Below, piece by piece: positions 8,817-17,801 of a stretch of DNA of 32,000 nt. The position numbers and the translations under genes were made by a program. How positions within the stretch are numbered: the stretch's first letter is position 1; each line of letters begins with the position of its first letter. The notes beneath the pieces were generated by a model. That model was not told the DNA's origin. It saw nothing but the letters and a program-made list of their open reading frames with translations, and ran no database searches. The DNA comes from Promethearchaeota archaeon (lineage in GTDB: Archaea > Asgardarchaeota > Lokiarchaeia > Sigyniarchaeales > Promethearchaeaceae), in NCBI GenBank assembly GCA_016933055.1, contig JAFGBS010000001.1:271550-303549 (forward strand), given 5' to 3'.

Positions 8817-9068
8817 ATTTTCTAATCAACTGGCACCCTACTTCATTCTATAGTCTTTTTCTCATAGCACTACGCTAAAAAGCCTTTCTGAAGTGCATAG
8901 AAAGGTGCTTTTTATCGTAGGTGCACCTAAACCCACTAAGCCTATCGTAGATAGGTGGAATTTTCAAAAAATTACGGTTCTGACGTTTTGCGATAAATTA
9001 CGTTAAAAAGAAGTGGATTATGTTACATTCGGATCCTTAAGAACTCAGATAGGTGTTGATTAGTAAAT
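8817..9068. other. Hairpin-dense intergenic element bounded by an inverted repeat (element A)
   Basis: CTAATCAAC (8822-8830) and GTTGATTAG (9055-9063), extending to 13/14 bp. 13-bp stem 8877-8913, perfect palindrome TAGGTGCACCTA 8918-8929, hairpin CCTATC-gta-GATAGG 8941-8955. Confidence 0.4.
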
Positions 9069-9093
9069 TATACTCTCTTATTGTTGAGGAAAT

Positions 9094-9381
9094 TCACTTA
9101 ATTTTGAAATTTTGTTTGAAATGTAAAACTGAAACAATCTTTATTGAGTTTTCAGAGAACAAGTAAATAATTTGATAACTATCAACGAAAATTTCTCTTA
9201 ATTGTTTGGATTTATCTTCTGGAACGATTCTACCGATCTGTGGGAAATTCTTAAGTAGTTCAATTTTTTCATCAATTCTTTCTTTTAGAATATAACAATA
9301 ATCAGATTTCTGCAATTCATAATATTCCAAGATTTCTTCTAACTTCTGAAGTGCAGGTGCAGTCCAGATTAGCGTGACCAT
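9094..9381 (-). CDS. Type II toxin, RelE/ParE family
   Basis: 95 aa. LIWTAPALQKLEEI, FPQIGR, REIFVDSYQIIY and IVSVLH match the ParE/RelE pattern. Overlaps the upstream small gene by 13 nt. Confidence 0.85.
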   Translation of the reverse strand: MVTLIWTAPALQKLEEILEYYELQKSDYCYILKERIDEKIELLKNFPQIGRIVPEDKSKQLREIFVDSYQIIYLFSENSIKIVSVLHFKQNFKIK

Positions 9382-9554
9382 CGTTTCAACCTTTCAGCAG
9401 CATCTTCTTCAGAAATTAAATCTCCTTTTCGTATTGCATCCAATCCAATCTTTATATTTTGTTGAACGTATATTTCGTAAAGAATATCTTCCAAAGTAGC
9501 GTCGTCGGGTAGGGATTTGAGTATTGATTCTACTGTCTCTTTTGCAGAAACCAT
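9369..9554 (-). CDS. Putative cognate antitoxin (61 aa)
   Basis: Small gene directly upstream of and overlapping the toxin. LPDDATLEDILYEIY...GLDAIRKGDLISEEDA..RL..W is typical of small ParE-associated antidotes. Confidence 0.75.
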   Translation of the reverse strand: MVSAKETVESILKSLPDDATLEDILYEIYVQQNIKIGLDAIRKGDLISEEDAAERLKRWSR

Positions 9555-9687
9555 AAGATAATCAATTCAACAAAACTAAAAAATATGTGGTGTGAAGATG
9601 AAATCATGGATTATTTATTTTTTCAGAAAAATAATCGGCACAGGTTATTTTGGTATCAGTTGTTCGTAACACACATCTACGAGTTTT

Positions 9688-9849
9688 ATGATTCGGGAAA
9701 CAGAGAAAATGATGATCGAATGGGATGACATACTTGTCGTGAAAGTTCCAGAGAAAAAAAATAATAGGGATATGGTGCAATTGTACCTTGAAGCATTTCA
9801 GGTAGCAGAGAAGAATGGCTTCGCTCTCAAAAAGGATCTGGGGGGCTAA
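9688..9849 (+). CDS. Possible small protein (53 aa, MIRETEKMMIEWDDILVVKVPEKK...)
   Basis: Hand-translated ATG-to-TAA ORF below the track cutoff. It lies upstream of and co-directional with the 9880 frame. No family recognised. Confidence 0.3.
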   Translation: MIRETEKMMIEWDDILVVKVPEKKNNRDMVQLYLEAFQVAEKNGFALKKDLGG

Positions 9850-9879
9850 AAAATCGTATCCCTGAAGGAGAAATATAGT

Positions 9880-10596
9880 ATGTGGGTTCTAACACCATTG
9901 TTTGGAACATTTTTTGGTTTCATCTTCCTTACGGGTTTTTTGGTTGGGTATCCTTGGATAGGGAAACTGACACTAAAAAAACTATGGCTGAATTAGCTAT
10001 TGAGTAGTTTACGAGCCGTTCTCTTTTCAATTTTTGCTTATTATGCACTTTTAATGCTAGATACAATTGTAAAGATTCTCGGATTAGGTATATTAGGATA
10101 TGGAAATATTTGGTTTCAATCTGCAGGATTGATCTTAATGTTTGTATTAGGTATTTTCTTTTTATTTGTGGCTGTATTTAATTTACCCACTTATCAAACG
10201 CTATTTTCATTCTTGTGTATATTAGTTTTTTGCATCTATTTTTTCGAGTTCCATCTTTCAACATTTTTCATCGGAGAAAGAGAGGTATTGACAAAGACAC
10301 CATTCATTACTGTTGCAATCATGCTAGGATCGAACCTTTTGACTTTTCCCCTCCGTATATTACGTTATAGAAACGATTAAACGTTGGAATTTAAAACCAT
10401 ATGGGATATCTCGGAAAAAGTCAAAAAATTCATTAATTTCAAGAGCGTTTTGATACTATGGATATTTTTTATGATTGAATCCATATTTCAACTCGAAGTT
10501 CTATCCATTTTGTATTGGTTTGGTTTTCTCTAGCTTATTTCAGACAAAATGAATCTTATCACCCCATTCTCTAACAAATTAGAAAACAAAAAATGA
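9880..10596 (+). pseudogene. Multi-pass membrane protein gene interrupted by in-frame stops
   Basis: GAAGGAG (9864-9870) precedes ATG 9880. One hydrophobic frame continues to TGA 10594-10596 with internal TAG 9994, TAA 10378 and TAG 10531. The track's 10000..10380 ORF is the middle piece. Confidence 0.55.
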
Positions 10597-10702
10597 AATT
10601 AATAAGAATATGAGGATTAAAAGATATGAAACCATTAGTTTTTGGATCAATCGGTAAAATGGATAAAGAAGGAAGAAGAAGAAGAAAAAAGATGCAATAA
10701 AA

Positions 10703-11152
10703 ATGAATGAGGAATATAAAGGAGATTTGTTAGTTTCGGCAATTAAACACAGACAATCTAATGTAGTGAGAGAATTGCTTTCCGATGGAGTGGATCCTAG
10801 CAAGTTTGTGAACCGGGAATTACCTTTGAATATAGCAATCGAAAATGGGGATGTCGAGATGGTAAAAATATTGCTAGAACACGGAGTCAATTGTAATCCT
10901 CAAGTATTTTATCCCCTCTATCCACTACGTATTTGCGTGGATCTTGTAATCAAATCTAAAAATTTGGATGAGGAAAATCCTTATGTAATTATACTTCAAT
11001 TACTAATAAAAAATGGATCTGATGCAAAAAAGTTGGTGGATGCTAACTATTCTGAAAAAAGTCTTTCTCCTGTAAGTGGACTATCTACTTTACTCAGACG
11101 CTACGGTTGGTACGATATTTTTGAACGAGTATCTCATGGTGGTCCACCATGA
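10703..11152 (+). CDS. Ankyrin-repeat protein (about 3 repeats)
   Basis: LLVSAIKHRQSNVVRELLSDGVDP; LPLNIAIENGDVEMVKILLEHGVNCN; degenerate third repeat ending IILQLLIKNGSD. Confidence 0.82.
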   Translation: MNEEYKGDLLVSAIKHRQSNVVRELLSDGVDPSKFVNRELPLNIAIENGDVEMVKILLEHGVNCNPQVFYPLYPLRICVDLVIKSKNLDEENPYVIILQLLIKNGSDAKKLVDANYSEKSLSPVSGLSTLLRRYGWYDIFERVSHGGPP

Positions 11153-11186
11153 ATTTTCCAATTTTACTACAGATCACCAGATTCGT

Positions 11187-11284
11187 GGTTTCCAAATTAG
11201 GTGAAGTGGTGTTAACCTCGTGTCAATGCTGGGATTCAACCCCACTTTAGGTTTTATCAATACCATAAATTTTATTGGGAAACC
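11187..11284. ncRNA. Possible structured RNA element between the ankyrin gene and proS
   Basis: Nested stems: GGTTTCC 11187-11193 with GGAAACC 11278-11284, and TGAAGTGGTGTT 11202-11213 with AACCCCACTTTA 11238-11249 (one mismatch, one G-U). Confidence 0.3.
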
Positions 11285-11327
11285 GATTTTTGATTAAAAA
11301 AACGCACTTAATTCGGTTTGAACATCA

Positions 11328-12869
11328 ATGGGAAAACAAGACATAGAACAGGATGAGATGAAAAAACTTCCTAATAAGGAAGAAAATTTCATTGATTGGC
11401 TAAACGAAGTTCTTCTTAGGACTGATGTATTAGATTATCGCTATAATCTTAAAGGATGTGGCGTATGGAAAGGTTATGGATTCAAGTTAAGGAAAAACAT
11501 TTTATCAATCCTTAGAAATTTGTTAAACAATACACCAGTTCCCCATGAGGAATACATGTTCCCATTGCTTGTACCAGAACCACAATTCATGAAAGAAGCT
11601 GAGCACGTGAAAGGTTTTGAGAATGAGGTTTACTGGGTTACTCATGGTGGATTAACAGAACTTGATATAAAACTTGCCCTCCGTCCCACTTCTGAAACAG
11701 CAATTTATCCTATGTTTGCGTTATGGATACGTTCCCACACAGATTTACCGCTTAAAACATATCAGATTGTAAATACATTCCGTTGGGAAGGAAAAAATAC
11801 CCGCCCGATGTTACGAGTAAGAGAAATAACCACCTTCAAAGAAGCACATACCGTGCATGCAACGGCTGAAGATACAGAACAGCAAATAGCGGAAGCTGTT
11901 AAATTGTACTCGAATCACTTCAACACCTTGGGAATTTCATATGTAGTGAACAAAAGACCAAAATGGGACACATTCCCAGGTGCTGATTACAGTATCGCAT
12001 TCGATGCTATTATGCCCGCGAATCATAAAACTTTACAAATCGGGACGGTACACAATCTTGGTCAGAATTTTGCGAAAACTTTTGACATCACATTTGAGAA
12101 CCTAGAAAAAGAAAGACAATACGTTTACCAAACGTGTTATGGAATAAGTGAAAGAGGAATTGCAGCTCCTATTGCTTTACATGGAGATGACAGAGGATTA
12201 GTGTTACCTCCAAACATTGCTCCAATCCAGATAGTAATTGTCCCCATTATCTTCAAAAATAAGGAAGAACTTGTGCAAGAAGAAGTAAAAAAAATAGTAA
12301 AAATCCTAAGGAGACATTTTACCGTAGTAGTGGATGATCGAGGGATTAAACCAGGTTCTAAATTCTTTCATTGGGAAGAAAAAGGTGTACCTATTCGTAT
12401 AGAAATTGGTCCTCAAGATGTAGAAAAAAGGCAAATCACCATTGTTAGACGGGATACGGGCGAGAAGTTTACCAGATCTTCCGCAACAACCAAAGAAATC
12501 GTGCAACAGATCAAGTCATTATTTAAACAGATATTTGAGGAAATGGCTCTTAAAGTGGCAGAAGATACAAAATCTCGAATTTTAGTAACAGAGGATATTA
12601 ATGAAGCTTACCAATGGCTAGAGGATGGGAAAGGAATCGCAGAAATTCCATTCTGTGGTTCTCAAGAATGTGCGTCCGATATTGAAAAACGAGTCGATGG
12701 CTTAAGGTTTCTAGGAACACCTGTTAGATATTTGAATTATATAGAGAAACCAAGTAAAAGAATGAAATATGGTGAGATGAATCAATTCACGCGAGAAAAA
12801 AAGGAGATATTCTGCCCAGTATGTTCGAAAAAGGTGAACCAGTATTGGACTATAGCTAGAAGTTGGTAA
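11328..12869 (+). CDS. proS: Proline--tRNA ligase, archaeal/eukaryote type
   Basis: LRPTSET, FRWE...[18 protein letters not shown] and CYGISER, followed by the anticodon-binding domain and a C-terminal Zn domain (FCGSQEC, CPVC). Start could be 11358. Confidence 0.97.
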   Translation: MGKQDIEQDEMKKLPNKEENFIDWLNEVLLRTDVLDYRYNLKGCGVWKGYGFKLRKNILSILRNLLNNTPVPHEEYMFPLLVPEPQFMKEAEHVKGFENEVYWVTHGGLTELDIKLALRPTSETAIYPMFALWIRSHTDLPLKTYQIVNTFRWEGKNTRPMLRVREITTFKEAHTVHATAEDTEQQIAEAVKLYSNHFNTLGISYVVNKRPKWDTFPGADYSIAFDAIMPANHKTLQIGTVHNLGQNFAKTFDITFENLEKERQYVYQTCYGISERGIAAPIALHGDDRGLVLPPNIAPIQIVIVPIIFKNKEELVQEEVKKIVKILRRHFTVVVDDRGIKPGSKFFHWEEKGVPIRIEIGPQDVEKRQITIVRRDTGEKFTRSSATTKEIVQQIKSLFKQIFEEMALKVAEDTKSRILVTEDINEAYQWLEDGKGIAEIPFCGSQECASDIEKRVDGLRFLGTPVRYLNYIEKPSKRMKYGEMNQFTREKKEIFCPVCSKKVNQYWTIARSW

Positions 12870-12881
12870 TTTTTTTAATAC

Positions 12882-14408
12882 CTAAACCTCAGGCCATTGT
12901 AACCATTTTCGCAGATGGGTAAATCTCTTCCAATTGCTTGGATCTACTTCCTCCAATTCCGCATATGGTATCCCCAGCGCATCCAGAAATTTCAGTAACT
13001 GGGGAATTCTCTTTTTGAAAAGGGCATAATTCATCAAATTAGGCTTTGTCCATGCTACCTCAGCTGTTGCAAAGAGTCTTGGGAATACTTGCCAACCTAA
13101 TCGTTCCAAATTGGGTACCCACTCTGTCCAGATTGGAGTTTCGACACCTATAATGCCAGACTCATAGGTTTTCACGGGATTCGGTACTGGTTCAAAATAG
13201 AACTTTCTCATTGGATGCATTAAATAATTATAATCAAGATAGGTTTTCCCAAAAGGACTCATCACAAATTTTCTACCTTTAGGAATGTATTTTTTAACTT
13301 TTTTTGGATTTCCCAACCACCATTGCACTATAGCATTTTTGTTAAGTGATTCCCCAAGAATTTCATTCCATCCGATGATACATTTTCCTTTGGATTCAAG
13401 ATATTTTGCTACTCGATTGGTGAAGTACACTTGTAGATCCCGTTCATCTTTCAGATTTTCTTTTTTAATCCGTTCTTGACAATATGGACATGCTTTCCAC
13501 CTTGTTTTAGGTGCTTCATCGCCGCCGATATGAATGTATTTTGAAGGAAAAATCTCTATTACTTCATCCAACACTCCTTCAAGAAAGTCGAACGTTGTTT
13601 CTTTCCCTGCACAATAGATGTCAGCATAAATACCAGGTTTTGTTTTGACTTCTATCTGTTCCCCCTTGCATGAAAGATTTGGGTAGGATGAAATTGCAGC
13701 AGAAGAATGACCCGGGATGTTTATCTCTGGGATCACTTCTACATATCGTTTTTTTGCGTATTGAATAACGTCTCGGATTTCCTCTTGAGTATAGAATCCA
13801 CTATGAGGTTCTCCGCGGAACTTTTTGGAAAGATGAGAGCCAATTTTTGTATCTTTACGTTTAGAACCGATCTCCGTTAACTTGGGATAGTTTTTGATTT
13901 CGATTCGCCATCCCTGGTCTTCGGTTAAATGAAGATGGAGTTTATTCATTTTGACGAGACAAATGGCATCAATTAGTTTTTTTATGGTTTCTACGGGTTG
14001 ATAATGCCTACAGACATCAAGCATAAATCCTCTCCACTCAAATCGGGGTTTATCTATAATTTTCACTCCATCTACAAACCACTTTCCTTTTTTTTCGTAC
14101 AATAATTGACGTAGAGTTTGAATTCCATAAAATAATCCCTCTTCACTCGAAGCACTGATAATGATGGAGATTTCACTCACTCGGAGAATATATCCCTCAC
14201 ATTCCAGTTCGAGAGATTCATCTAAGAAAAGTTCAATTTTAGAATCAGTAGAAGTCTGTTCTAATATAATGCCGGTATCAAGAGCTAAAGTTGTTTTTAA
14301 GTATTCAGCTAGATCGGATATAGTTGTATTTATTGATGTTTCTTTTGAGAAAGTAAAGACATTCTCATTTGTAATTATCTCTCGGGGTTGCGGAGTAATG
14401 ATATTCAT
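12882..14408 (-). CDS. Beta-N-acetylhexosaminidase, GH20
   Basis: GH20b domain (EGYIL, GLFYGIQTLRQL), DKPRFEWRGFMLDVCRH, HLHLTEDQGWR, catalytic HIGGDE. No signal peptide visible. Confidence 0.93.
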   Translation of the reverse strand: MNIITPQPREIITNENVFTFSKETSINTTISDLAEYLKTTLALDTGIILEQTSTDSKIELFLDESLELECEGYILRVSEISIIISASSEEGLFYGIQTLRQLLYEKKGKWFVDGVKIIDKPRFEWRGFMLDVCRHYQPVETIKKLIDAICLVKMNKLHLHLTEDQGWRIEIKNYPKLTEIGSKRKDTKIGSHLSKKFRGEPHSGFYTQEEIRDVIQYAKKRYVEVIPEINIPGHSSAAISSYPNLSCKGEQIEVKTKPGIYADIYCAGKETTFDFLEGVLDEVIEIFPSKYIHIGGDEAPKTRWKACPYCQERIKKENLKDERDLQVYFTNRVAKYLESKGKCIIGWNEILGESLNKNAIVQWWLGNPKKVKKYIPKGRKFVMSPFGKTYLDYNYLMHPMRKFYFEPVPNPVKTYESGIIGVETPIWTEWVPNLERLGWQVFPRLFATAEVAWTKPNLMNYALFKKRIPQLLKFLDALGIPYAELEEVDPSNWKRFTHLRKWLQWPEV

Positions 14409-14550
14409 AGGTTTTGTAGGGTTTAGTGAAATTTATTATTTTGTAGAACGAAATCCTTAGTTGTTTTCTATTCTCTACATCATTTAAAAATAGAAATATA
14501 CAAAAATAAGTGAGGCAATATCTAAGTAGCATAATAATTAGGTTGATAGT

Positions 14551-15534
14551 ATGATCGTAAAAACAACACCAGAATATTTCGAATTATTAAATAAAGCCGT
14601 CGCCCGGGAAATTCAAGTAAGTGCACAATATATGCTCCAACATAGTGCGATGGAAAAATTAAAACGAAAAGTAATCAAGGAAAACTATCTTCTTGACACA
14701 ACCACCTATGATGAGTTAGGGGAACTACTTGAAAAAATGGCAATCGAGGAAATGAAACACCTGGCAGATATTATGGAACGGATCTATTTCCTTGGTGGAG
14801 AAGCCATAACAAAGCCTACTAAGATTACAATCGGTAAATCCATGAAAGAATTCATGAAATTGGGAGAGAAAGCGGAGATTGAAGCTCTCGAACTCTATCG
14901 TGAAGTTTTAAAAATGGCTAGAAACCTCGGTGATGATGCAACTTTCAAACTTTTCCGTCAGATCTATAAGGATGAGGAAGAACATCTGCTGAAATTCCAA
15001 GAATATCTAGATATTGAAGATGAAATTCCAGAGATCGAAAATGAACCACCAGAAAACGAGTGGCGGAAGATATTCACAGCTGATTACATCAAAATGTTAA
15101 ATAAAGCTCTTGCAGCTGAAATGTCTGCCATAATTCAATATACAAATCAACATGAAAAAGCAAGTAAGGAAACTTTACGAAAGAAAAAAGCACCTTTAGA
15201 ATTGCTTAAGGGATCAAATAAAGCCGAAGTTATTTCCGGGATGTTAAAACCTATATTCATGGAAGAAATGCAACATTTGGAAGATATTGCGGAGAGAATC
15301 TATGAAATCGATTTTGAGGCCGTAGCAGATATTGATCCTTTACCAAAAATTGGTGAGGGACCTGATGATTGGATCATTTTGGATCGTGAAGCAGAAGATT
15401 ATGCAATTATTTTATACCGAAGCATTGTGAAAAAGGCTACTGAAATAGGGGATATCAAAACAAAACGTATGTTTGAGAAAATCCTTGAGGAAGAGGAAAA
15501 CCATTATTGGCAATTCGATGACTATGTTCTCTAG
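14551..15534 (+). CDS. Tandem bacterioferritin-like di-iron protein (two fused four-helix bundles)
   Basis: Each half has E-x6-Y, EEMxH, E and E-x2-H (REIQVSAQY/EEMKH/EIEA/DEEEH and AEMSAIIQY/EEMQH/EAED/EEENH), joined by an acidic Pro-containing linker. Confidence 0.9.
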   Translation: MIVKTTPEYFELLNKAVAREIQVSAQYMLQHSAMEKLKRKVIKENYLLDTTTYDELGELLEKMAIEEMKHLADIMERIYFLGGEAITKPTKITIGKSMKEFMKLGEKAEIEALELYREVLKMARNLGDDATFKLFRQIYKDEEEHLLKFQEYLDIEDEIPEIENEPPENEWRKIFTADYIKMLNKALAAEMSAIIQYTNQHEKASKETLRKKKAPLELLKGSNKAEVISGMLKPIFMEEMQHLEDIAERIYEIDFEAVADIDPLPKIGEGPDDWIILDREAEDYAIILYRSIVKKATEIGDIKTKRMFEKILEEEENHYWQFDDYVL

Positions 15535-15575
15535 ACTATTTTCATAAATCATTCGTTTTTTTTTTTCTCTTCTTT
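15535..15575. terminator. Oligo-T tract between convergent genes (probable archaeal terminator)
   Basis: TTTTTTTTTCTCTTCTTTT directly follows the ferritin-like stop. Confidence 0.45.
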
Positions 15576-17117
15576 TTAATCGATTTCCGGGTATTCCAAT
15601 CTTTTAATTCCGTCTTGGTCAAGGACAATTCGTACTTTTTTCAGATAAGGGATCTTGGTCGTAGTTTTATTAAGTGTTCGAACGCGGAAAATTAAATTAA
15701 TATGATAGATTTTGTATTGTTTGATATATTCTACATCATCTGTATCCTTATTCCATATGGGGTATTCTTTAAAGGGGTCATCAGCATATCGGATGATGTT
15801 TTTAATATTAAATCGTATTATATCATGAATGTCTCCTTCTCGTTCGTGAATTTTAAGTAATTTGAAGGCATCTAACTGCATTATCTTCTTGTATTTAAAC
15901 ACATTCTCTAAATTTTCTTGTTTTTCAATTGTCAATTGGTTTCTTTGCCGAGATTTTGCAATTTCCTGAGGAATTTCGTTCTCTTCTAAAAATCGCATTG
16001 TTTCTCGCATGCTGCCTATGTGGGTTCTTTCAAAAGGGTCTCGGATCTGATGAGTTCGATCCGAAATAATTATCCTCAACGTACGATTGGATACAAGCTT
16101 AATTAAAGATTTGATACGGTCTTTAAATACATAAATAACCACTGCCGCAAGAAAAAAAGGGGTTGAATATTCCTGAAATGGCTCTAATAGTAGCAAAGTT
16201 AACAAAACCGAGACTACCATAGCTAACCCAGCAGCGACTGAATAGAATAACTGTTTTAACCTTTTTTCTCTCTTTTTCCTTTTTTGTTCCAAATATAACA
16301 CTCTTTGAGTGAATTTTTTTAATAACCCCTCTCCATATTCAAAACTCTCACCAGTTTTGATCAAATCCAGTGATAAAGGTGACATTATTTCCTTTCTGTC
16401 AGCCCTTGTCGATTCAATGCACTGAATCGTTTTATTCTTAATTTTGTCCGATAGTAAAGAATCGAATTTTGCAAGGAATTTGTTAAATCTTATTTCGATT
16501 TGTACATGTATGAATTGTGATACATAATGAAAGGCATTTAGAATCTCATTATCAATTTGATTCGTTTCCATTTCCTGAGTGAGTTGATTGATTTTAGTTA
16601 ACAATGGGGAAATGAAAGAAAGAAATTCAAGATATTCTTGTTCATTTTTGTTCATTTTTGATGAATCGAGTTCAATTTTATTCCCAAGATTTTCCAAATT
16701 ATCACGAACACATGCTCTAACCATTGCTCCAAATAATCTTATTTCGTACAAAATTTGGGATTTGGTGCGATTCTGAGAATTTATTAACGTTCTGATGCGA
16801 TTTAAGGGAGAAAGTGTGTTATTGGGATTAATCAATGCTGAAATTGATAATTCGGGAGTTTTATAACGCATATAAAGATTTAAATCACTATAAAAATCAA
16901 ATTGAGTGTATGTTTCCTCGTTTATATGAAGTGATTTCGGTAGAAAACAAAACATTTCAAGTAAAAAACCGTTTTTCCTTTGCGATGGCTCAATAGTATA
17001 ATCGAGCTTTACTTCAAAATTATATCGATCGTGTCTTTCAAATTCAGGACTTTCAATTTCATGCTCAAAATGTTCAATTTTATCCGATCCCGACATACTA
17101 AGATAACAAGGAACCAC
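15576..17117 (-). CDS. Uncharacterised 513-aa protein with a central two-helix membrane hairpin
   Basis: Long ORF. TM pair YSVAAGLAMVVSVLLTLLLL and FFLAAVVIYVF lies between two large soluble domains. The true start may be the ATG of MSGSDKIE. Confidence 0.8.
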   Translation of the reverse strand: MVPCYLSMSGSDKIEHFEHEIESPEFERHDRYNFEVKLDYTIEPSQRKNGFLLEMFCFLPKSLHINEETYTQFDFYSDLNLYMRYKTPELSISALINPNNTLSPLNRIRTLINSQNRTKSQILYEIRLFGAMVRACVRDNLENLGNKIELDSSKMNKNEQEYLEFLSFISPLLTKINQLTQEMETNQIDNEILNAFHYVSQFIHVQIEIRFNKFLAKFDSLLSDKIKNKTIQCIESTRADRKEIMSPLSLDLIKTGESFEYGEGLLKKFTQRVLYLEQKRKKREKRLKQLFYSVAAGLAMVVSVLLTLLLLEPFQEYSTPFFLAAVVIYVFKDRIKSLIKLVSNRTLRIIISDRTHQIRDPFERTHIGSMRETMRFLEENEIPQEIAKSRQRNQLTIEKQENLENVFKYKKIMQLDAFKLLKIHEREGDIHDIIRFNIKNIIRYADDPFKEYPIWNKDTDDVEYIKQYKIYHINLIFRVRTLNKTTTKIPYLKKVRIVLDQDGIKRLEYPEID

Positions 17118-17166
17118 TCTTTATATCTCTATTAGAAAAGTCTTAGTAATTAAAGATTTAGAAAAA

Positions 17167-17748
17167 TTAAAAACACAAGTAGAAGGCATTTTTGTTATTC
17201 AATTCGTAAACGTTCACGTTTTTGAAGTAATTGTTAAGTTCATTCAAACCTTTGTTACAAAAATCTCTATACGCTCCTCCCTCCAGCCACTCGATAAATT
17301 TTGTCTTCCATCTATGCTTTTGAAGAAGATTATAATCATAAAATAAAGTAAATTTCTTGGAAACTCGTTTACTTTCTTGATAAACATGAATGCGATTTTC
17401 ATATGCAAGTCCATGGATAAAATTAGCACTAATGACAAAATCAAAAAAGTCATCATTAAAAGGCAATCCATTTGGTATATCACACAATTTGCATTTCAAG
17501 TGATTTTTTCGACATATTTTTACCATCTTTGGAGCGACATCTACGCCCGTTACCTCATATCCCAACTCTTGGAATACATAACCAAAAGCCCCAGTCCCAG
17601 TGCCTAAATCTAGAACTCTACCAGATTCTGGAAGAAGTTTTCTTATTACATGATTCGATAACAGGTTTCGATAGTTTCGGATTTGATTTGGAAAAGTAAA
17701 CTGATAAAAAATGGCAATACGATTAAATAACTTTCCATGTTTATCCAT
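17167..17748 (-). CDS. Class I SAM-dependent methyltransferase
   Basis: VLDLGTGTG, GVDVAPKM, LPFNDDFFDFV. Confidence 0.88.
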   Translation of the reverse strand: MDKHGKLFNRIAIFYQFTFPNQIRNYRNLLSNHVIRKLLPESGRVLDLGTGTGAFGYVFQELGYEVTGVDVAPKMVKICRKNHLKCKLCDIPNGLPFNDDFFDFVISANFIHGLAYENRIHVYQESKRVSKKFTLFYDYNLLQKHRWKTKFIEWLEGGAYRDFCNKGLNELNNYFKNVNVYELNNKNAFYLCF

Positions 17749-17801
17749 GCACTATTTGAAGCATCCAAATCTAAAAAAAGGATAACATCGAAAGCAGTGA
17801 T

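Noticed and set aside
8822-9063. Integron attC site or IscB/TnpB omega-RNA (GTTGATTAG motif)
   Set aside because: There is no RYYYAAC...GTTRRRY box pair with a continuous stem, the sequence after GTTGATTAG lacks the usual omega-RNA continuation, and no integrase or nuclease is nearby.
9994-10533. Genome-wide amber (pyrrolysine) or opal recoding
   Set aside because: TAG and TGA end clearly complete genes in this window, and the broken genes also contain TAA.
11150-11250. Selenocysteine read-through of the ankyrin TGA using the downstream hairpin as an Asgard/eukaryote-like SECIS (GUGA, 9-nt stem, AA)
   Set aside because: The 3' strand has UU where the kink-turn needs GA, so the helix simply extends. 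The 15-aa extension is featureless, and ankyrin proteins are not known selenoproteins.
11200-11250. tRNA gene or fragment (GTGGTGTTAA and GGGATTCAACCC resemble the A and B boxes)
   Set aside because: No cloverleaf can be built: the anticodon arm is missing and the T-loop register is wrong.
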